Assembly: GCA_965178125.1 (NCBI GenBank) | Contig: OZ237736.1 | Location: 1,364,001-1,428,000 of the forward strand | Source: Bilabrum cf. latius | Taxonomy: Eukaryota | Reading direction: 5' to 3' | DNA length: 64,000 nucleotides | Shown: piece by piece, positions 58,540 through 64,000 of the stretch | How the letters are laid out: the number at the start of each line of letters is the position of its first letter | How positions within the stretch are numbered: position 1 is the first letter of the stretch | Program-made: the position numbers and the translations under genes | Notes under the pieces: generated by a model | The model's database searches: none | The model's input: only the letters and a program-made list of their open reading frames with translations | Told to the model about the DNA's origin: nothing

Positions 58540-59838
58540 TTAACCTGGCTTGGCAGCCGAGCTCGCAGAAGCTGCCCCATGTAGCGGGCCAAGCTCAGCG
58601 AGAGAGTCAGCATCCCAGCCGCTTGCCAGCTGAACTGCGGGTCCAGTTGAGCCCATTGTCGCTGTTGCATCTTCCTATGCTGTAGAGCTGGAATCTCCGG
58701 CCCTACCAGTCGCTTGCCGTCCCATGCCATCCTGGGCACCAACGGCCCCGTCACTACTAGTAGCCGCTTGACCTGTCGCGGTCTCGGGGCCATCCTCCGA
58801 TTGCTTGCTCTCCCTGTGGCCCGCACCCGCAGCACCGTCGTGCTCGTGCCCCTCCTTGATTATCATCATCTCCCCAACCTGAACCTTAATCCCTCCGGCC
58901 ACCCCAGCCATAGGAGCAAGTCCTTCCCCGCCCTCTACAGCACCCACATCAACCCCCCCATCCCCCTGTTCCCCACCCCCTCCATCCCCACCACCATGTT
59001 CACTGGCAGCCCCCTGGTCCCTGTCCCCGTCCCCGTCCCCGTCCTCGGCCAGGAGCGCGTCGAGGGAGCCCATCATCTCGTCGACCGTGGCGTCAGCCGC
59101 GGCCAGGTCCCGCTCGACCCTCTCGTTCTCTGCGTTCACCGCCCGGAGAACAAGCTCGAGGGCCCTCGTCCTACCGAACCATGCCGCCTTGTGCAGCTAA
59201 AGCTCCTCGCACATGCCATCGAGCGCACCACGCTGCTTGCGGAGGTCGCTCTTGCGCGCGGCCTCCTGCTCAAGCGCAGTCTGCTTCTCTGCCGCCATTC
59301 GGTCTAATCGAGCAGCCCCCTATCGAATCTCGTCAACTTTACCGCGCCTTTCGGAGTCTTCTCTCAGCTCGTCTTGTGCTCGGTCCCGTGCTTCCTTTCG
59401 AAAGTCGATAGCCGATTTTTTCGCCACAGTTCCTACAGTGCCACGACATGTTTCCCATTTTTCGAGGAATTCTACGGACGACGCCAATGCACCAAATCCA
59501 CCCGCTACCTTGCTGCCTCCGCCCCCCGTTGATGCCGCGGGATCCACGCCGCTACGCTGCAAATGCCTGAGATACTCAGCCGAGCTCATGTCTGGCTTCG
59601 TTCCTTTGGACTGCAACCAATCTACGTCGGCCGACAGTTTCTAAAGCCTTTCAATTTGCAATGCAAGCTCATGCGCTGCAATCTACTTCTGCTACAGGCG
59701 GGCCTCGGCATCTCGCTGCCTGCTAGCGAGCCGCTCCAGCTTTGCTTCGATTCCGCTGGCCTACCCATACGAGGTCTGGGACGATTTATCGATAGATGAT
59801 GCATACTACGCTATGGAGCTGGCCTTCCAAGCGGCCAT
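58540..59838 (-). CDS. Hypothetical coiled-coil protein (start at 59838 or 59949)
   Basis: Single frame through about 8 TAGs joining ORFs 59320-59616 and 58675-59139. Heptad-like segments such as AEARL*QK*IAAHEL. Ends at TAA 58540-58542. Confidence 0.6.
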
Positions 59839-59987
59839 CGAAGCTTCTATCTGTAGTAGCTGCCCAATAGCAAAAGCCAGCACATTGCAATTGTACCGTG
59901 CTGTTATGAAATTTCCCGGGCCTTTCTCTTCGGTTTCGCCAAGCGACATCAGTCTCGGCACACATTACCGATCACGCAGAATTCGCG

Positions 59988-60992
59988 ATGGGGCAATCAG
60001 TACCAAAACCAACTATGAAAGAGCAAATGAGGTAGAACGTCCGACAGATTGATCGTGCGTGCAGAGAGCTCGACAGGGAGCGCAGGACTTTGGAGCGGCA
60101 GCAGGTCAAGTTATAGGCTGACATTCGATCAGCTGTAACAAAGGGTCAAACCGTGAGATACTAGTCGATGGATAGCAATGGAGGTGCTTGCAGGGGGCGC
60201 AGACTGTCAAAAGCGCCTGGTAGACGCTGCACCTGCAAACCGAGCGAGTACTGCTTGTATTTACCCGCAGAGCTCTGCCAAAATCATGGCAAAAGACTAC
60301 GTCAGATCGAAAAAATACGTGGAAAAGTTTTACGCTATGAGAACATAGCTGCAGGGAGTCAAACTGTAGATGCAAGTGAGAGGAACGCAATGAAACGATC
60401 CCAAGAGCCCTTTGTGCATCATGCATGATGCATGTGCTGCACCGCCCCAATGGGACTCAATTAAGCATTCATGTATGCATCGCAGACGGTTAAAAGCCAA
60501 CACGCCATGACAGAGGCCATGAAGTCCACCACGAAGTCCATGGTCAGGATGGGCAAAGCAATCAAGATGCCGCAACTCCAGAAGATTGTGAGGGACTTTG
60601 CAGTGCAGTCGGAGCGCATGGAAATGACAGGAGAAGTCATGAGCGATGCCATCGACATGGCCATGGAAGGCTCCGATGACGAGGAGGAGGAGGAGGAAAT
60701 GCTCAAGTCGGTGGAAGCCGAGCTGGGCCTGTCGCTCATGGACGGTGCACCGGCGGTAGGAGCAGGAGCGGCAGTGGGCACAAAGGCGCCGTCTGCAGCT
60801 GTAGCAGCTCCCGTGGGGGCTGGTGGCGCTGGAGGGACCCCACCTGGTGGTCCCAAGCCACCAGGGGGCAGCGGGGGCGGTGACTCTGGTGGCGGCGGCG
60901 CGGCACCGGGGGGTGCTGGCGGCGGCTCGGGGGGGGGCGGCGGCGGCGGCGTTTCCGATCTGGAGGCTCGTTTGGCGAACCTGCGATCGTGA
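59988..60992 (+). CDS. CHMP2: ESCRT-III subunit CHMP2/Vps2; exons 59988-60152, 60271-60375 and 60486-60992
   Basis: EQMR*NVRQIDRACRELDRER, IMAKDYVR..KFYAMRT*LQGVKL*MQ|TVKS, and MIM tail DLEARLANLR. TAG at 60033, 60114, 60346 and 60367. Ends at TGA. Confidence 0.93.
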
Positions 60993-61265
60993 ACAGTATC
61001 GTGCAGGCCGAGCTGTCTGGTGCAGTCGTGTTGGGATGGTGCAGTGTGAGGTGAAGCGTCATCCTCCAGCCAGGACGGCAGTGGGAGCCTTTCGTTGTCT
61101 TGAACCTGACAAATAATGAATGTGAAGCGTGCCTATACGTTTGTTTGATCGGATCGAAAGCCTGCATAGTTTGTAGCGCAGGTCAAAACACATCGCCAGG
61201 GGCACCCATGCCCACCCCTGCACACACCACCCACACCGAGCTTCCTCACCAGGCCTGCCCCTCAC

Positions 61266-64000
61266 TCACTTGCCCTCAGTGGAAGGCTTCACCTGCGAGG
61301 CAGACGCGATGGAAGCGGCCCGGTCCTATCCACCCCGGGCGCCAGCCGCGGACAGCGCCGTGCCTCCAGAGCCAGAGCCAGCTGCAGCCCCGCCGCTTGC
61401 CGCCCCGCCAGCAGCCATCCGAGCCACCCGCTGGAATCTCGTCCGCAGGAACCTGCGTGTGTCTCCGGCACTGAGGTCTGCCTGCCTCTCTCCGTGGTTC
61501 TCGTCGCCCGTCTGCTGCACTGCGAGGTTCATGTTGGAGCCGGCCGAGAACCGCTGCACGACCTCGTCGCCCTCGCCCCGCTTCTCCACCTCGTCGATGC
61601 TGCCCATCACGATGTCGTCGTCCGCCAGCTTGCGCAGGCCGACCGCGTCCCTAGTGAGCCTGCCCTGCTGCACCAGGTTGAGGATTCTCTTCCGCACCAG
61701 CAGGCTGTAGTAGAAGTGGTACGGGTACTGCAGGCGGGTCCTCTCCTCCTGCGCCAGCTTCTCCTGCATCTGCGACTCGATCGGGTGCAACACCAGCGCG
61801 GCTTCCTGCTCGGCCCACGTCGCGTCCACGTCGTCGGCGCGCATGGTGCCGCCGGTGACGAAGGCCTTGGTGAACAGGTCGGACCTGTCGAAGCGGATGT
61901 CGCTCTTGATTAGCCTGCGCCTGTACTCGTCCACGGTCTCACCCGTCTTGCGCCTCCGGATAGTGTCATCCGACTCGACCTGCGGGGCGAACGTGTCGTC
62001 CTGCTGCCCGTTGCGGATGAAAAACTCGCTCTCGCGCACCACCATGGCGTAGGTTGGCAGCAGCACCGACTGCACGAACTTGACGAGGAGGGTGGGGATG
62101 AGGGACAGGAACACAACCATGGGCACGGTGAACCAGAAGGCCGCGCTCCCGAAGACCTTGCTCATGATCCCCTTGGAGCCCTCGGAGTCGAAGTAGTCGA
62201 TCAGGTACGCCACGGCAGGCCAGGAGGCAGTGCTGAGGAACGTGAAGCACACAAAGATGATCTCGTGCTGGTAGGTCTCGATGGCGATGCGGATGTTCAC
62301 CACGCACACCACGATGCTCATGAGCACGCTACCAAACCCAAAGATGCTGGCAGTGTACCCGTCAGGCTGCGCGGACTCTCCCATGGCTAGCACGCACAGG
62401 AAGAAGATCAGCAGCGACTCGTACACAGACTGGAAGAGCCAGCGGACTGCCACGTAGGAGTTGAAGTGCTTGCGGAGGCGCCCAGAGCTGTACAGGGCAG
62501 GGAACCGCTGCGCCGAGTCCTGGTCCACGTCCTGGTCCATGGCTCCCACCGCAATGATGGCCACGCCAGTGAACGTCATGTTGTAGGCCTGTGTGGCGAA
62601 CTCGGGGAATACCTTCTGTCCGGACCAGCCCGTGTAGATGTTGTACCAGTACTGCACCAGCGTGAAGAGGCTGTTCTTGTAGAAAACAACCAGGATGAGG
62701 ATGGCCATCCGCATGTAGTTCCAGCGGCCGTGCACCAGCAGGAGCTTCTGCAGGAAGCGGAACTGGCCGAACGAGTAATCGGAGGCGTTGGCGGCGCTGT
62801 TGCCCTCCAGCCCCTCGATGCCCACCCCCACGTGCGCCGCCGAGATCATCTCCACGTCGTTGGCGCCGTCGCCGATGCCAAGGCAGCACGAGTTGGGCAC
62901 CTCATACTTGACCAGCTCAAGCACCGTGCGCTTCTGTGAGGGCTAGCAGCGTGCACCGATCACGCTCGTGCACCGCTGCAGCATCTCAAGGAAGGCCGCC
63001 CTGCGGTCCCTCTTGAAGTCGAGGTTCTTGGACATGACGCCGTTCGGGTACTTGGCCGTGTCCGCCTCGATCTCCTCGTAGCCGGGCCAGTCGAGGAAGA
63101 AGCTCATCGAGCCCTCGTCCACGACGAGCGCGAGGGGTCGGGAGTTGCCGCCAGCGTACTTGACGAGCAGCATCACCAGATCAAAGGCAAGCACCCACTC
63201 CACCACGTCGCGCTTGTCCTGCGCGGCCTTCTCCTTGTTCTTCTCCGTCTTGGCAGCGCGGACCCTCAGGTCCACCTCCTTGATCTCGCGATAGAGACCC
63301 TTCACCACGGACTGCGCCGCGTTCAGGACAGACTGGCTGACTCTGCCGTCCTCGCCCCGCGTGGGCACGAGGAAGTCCCTGAGCTTGGTCAGCTGCGTCT
63401 CGCGCACCTTGCCATACGGGAGCGGGGAGCGGCCGAGCCCCATCGCTGGGTTGCTCATCGGGCTGACGGCCGCGCTGTCCCGCCGCACCGAGTCGAGCTC
63501 AGCGAGGGGGTTGGGCGACCGGTGGTTCCCGGGCGTGACTCCTCCTTCCTCCAGGTCCGCGTCGGGGGACTGCGACGTGGCCTTATCGTCGGCCGCCACC
63601 TTGCGCGAGAGGGCCGAGTGAGGCGAAGGCGCGTCCCCACCGGATGCAGCCGCAGCCGCGCCCCCCACACCCCGAGCGGAGCGCATCTTCGGCCCCCCGC
63701 CGAAGCTGGAGCTGCGGCTGGAGCGGCGCAGCGGGTTGGCATCTGCGTCCACGAAGGCCTGCCCCTTGCTGAGGGCCTTGTCCACCTCGCGCAGCAGCGC
63801 GCGCTCGAACCGCAGCGGGTCCCGGTTGCCCGCCTCGTCATCGTCGTCGCCAAAGAGCTTGCCGTAGCGCCACTCCCAAGTTAGCTTCTGCATCTCAGTC
63901 TCGCTCGTGAGCATCTGCACGCCGTATCCGATGTTGATGGCCGTGCCCTCCTTGTCTCCCGTGAGCATAAACACGCTGATGCCCGCGTCCGAGAGCCTGG
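61266..64000 (-). CDS. P4-type phospholipid-translocating ATPase, 3' part; continues beyond the window
   Basis: MLTGDKEGTAINIG, VIGARC*PSQK, LGIGDGANDVEMI, GVGIEGLEG, QFRFLQKLLLVHGRWNY and FYKN. TAG at 62943 and 61326. Ends at TGA 61266-61268. Confidence 0.93.

Noticed and set aside
62943-62945. UAG=Ser, suggested by P4-ATPase RC*P, reductase VGL* and the paralog TCT
   Set aside because: Outweighed by CHMP2 QLQ, photolyase QLE and the Gln-run contexts. The paralog case is explicable by compensating indels. Not fully excluded.
744-63974. Mass pseudogenisation or sequencing error as the cause of the internal stops
   Set aside because: All interruptions are TAG, no frameshifts were needed, conserved housekeeping genes are affected, and paralogs share TAG positions.
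744-63974. Ciliate/hexamitid-type code (UAA and UAG both Gln)
   Set aside because: No in-frame TAA was found in exons, and TAA terminates Sm D1 and the EGF protein at their expected ends. The TAA near 36105 lies in an intron.
1-64000. tRNA-Gln(CUA), other tRNA, rRNA or SECIS elements
   Set aside because: None recognisable by eye; covariance-model searches are needed.

Overview
This is a gene-dense, GC-rich eukaryotic nuclear sequence with short GT-AG introns and tightly packed head-to-head gene pairs. A mastigoneme-type EGF protein suggests a stramenopile flagellate (inference). The main result is that the region does not use the standard genetic code. Most genes are interrupted by in-frame TAG codons, and I found no in-frame TAA or TGA in the exons I reconstructed. 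This includes conserved genes such as SepSecS, CHMP2/Vps2, class II photolyase, a P4-ATPase and a COG2-like gene. The genes end at TGA (about 20) or TAA (about 4). The best-conserved TAG positions point to UAG=Gln with UAA and UGA kept as stops. Re-reading with this code merges the fragmented ORF track into about 24 genes. It reveals a tandem pair of MGCC-RGS + AIFM2/FSP1-like oxidoreductase fusions, an MG-DEP + flavoprotein disulfide reductase fusion, and a ~2000-aa thioester alpha-2-macroglobulin-like protein. It also reveals a 2.6-kb insertion flanked by an AGGCA duplication that can be removed exactly as a GC-AG intron from one RGS paralog; it carries an ORF with WG repeats. All assignments come from manual translation and remembered motifs; no database searches were run.
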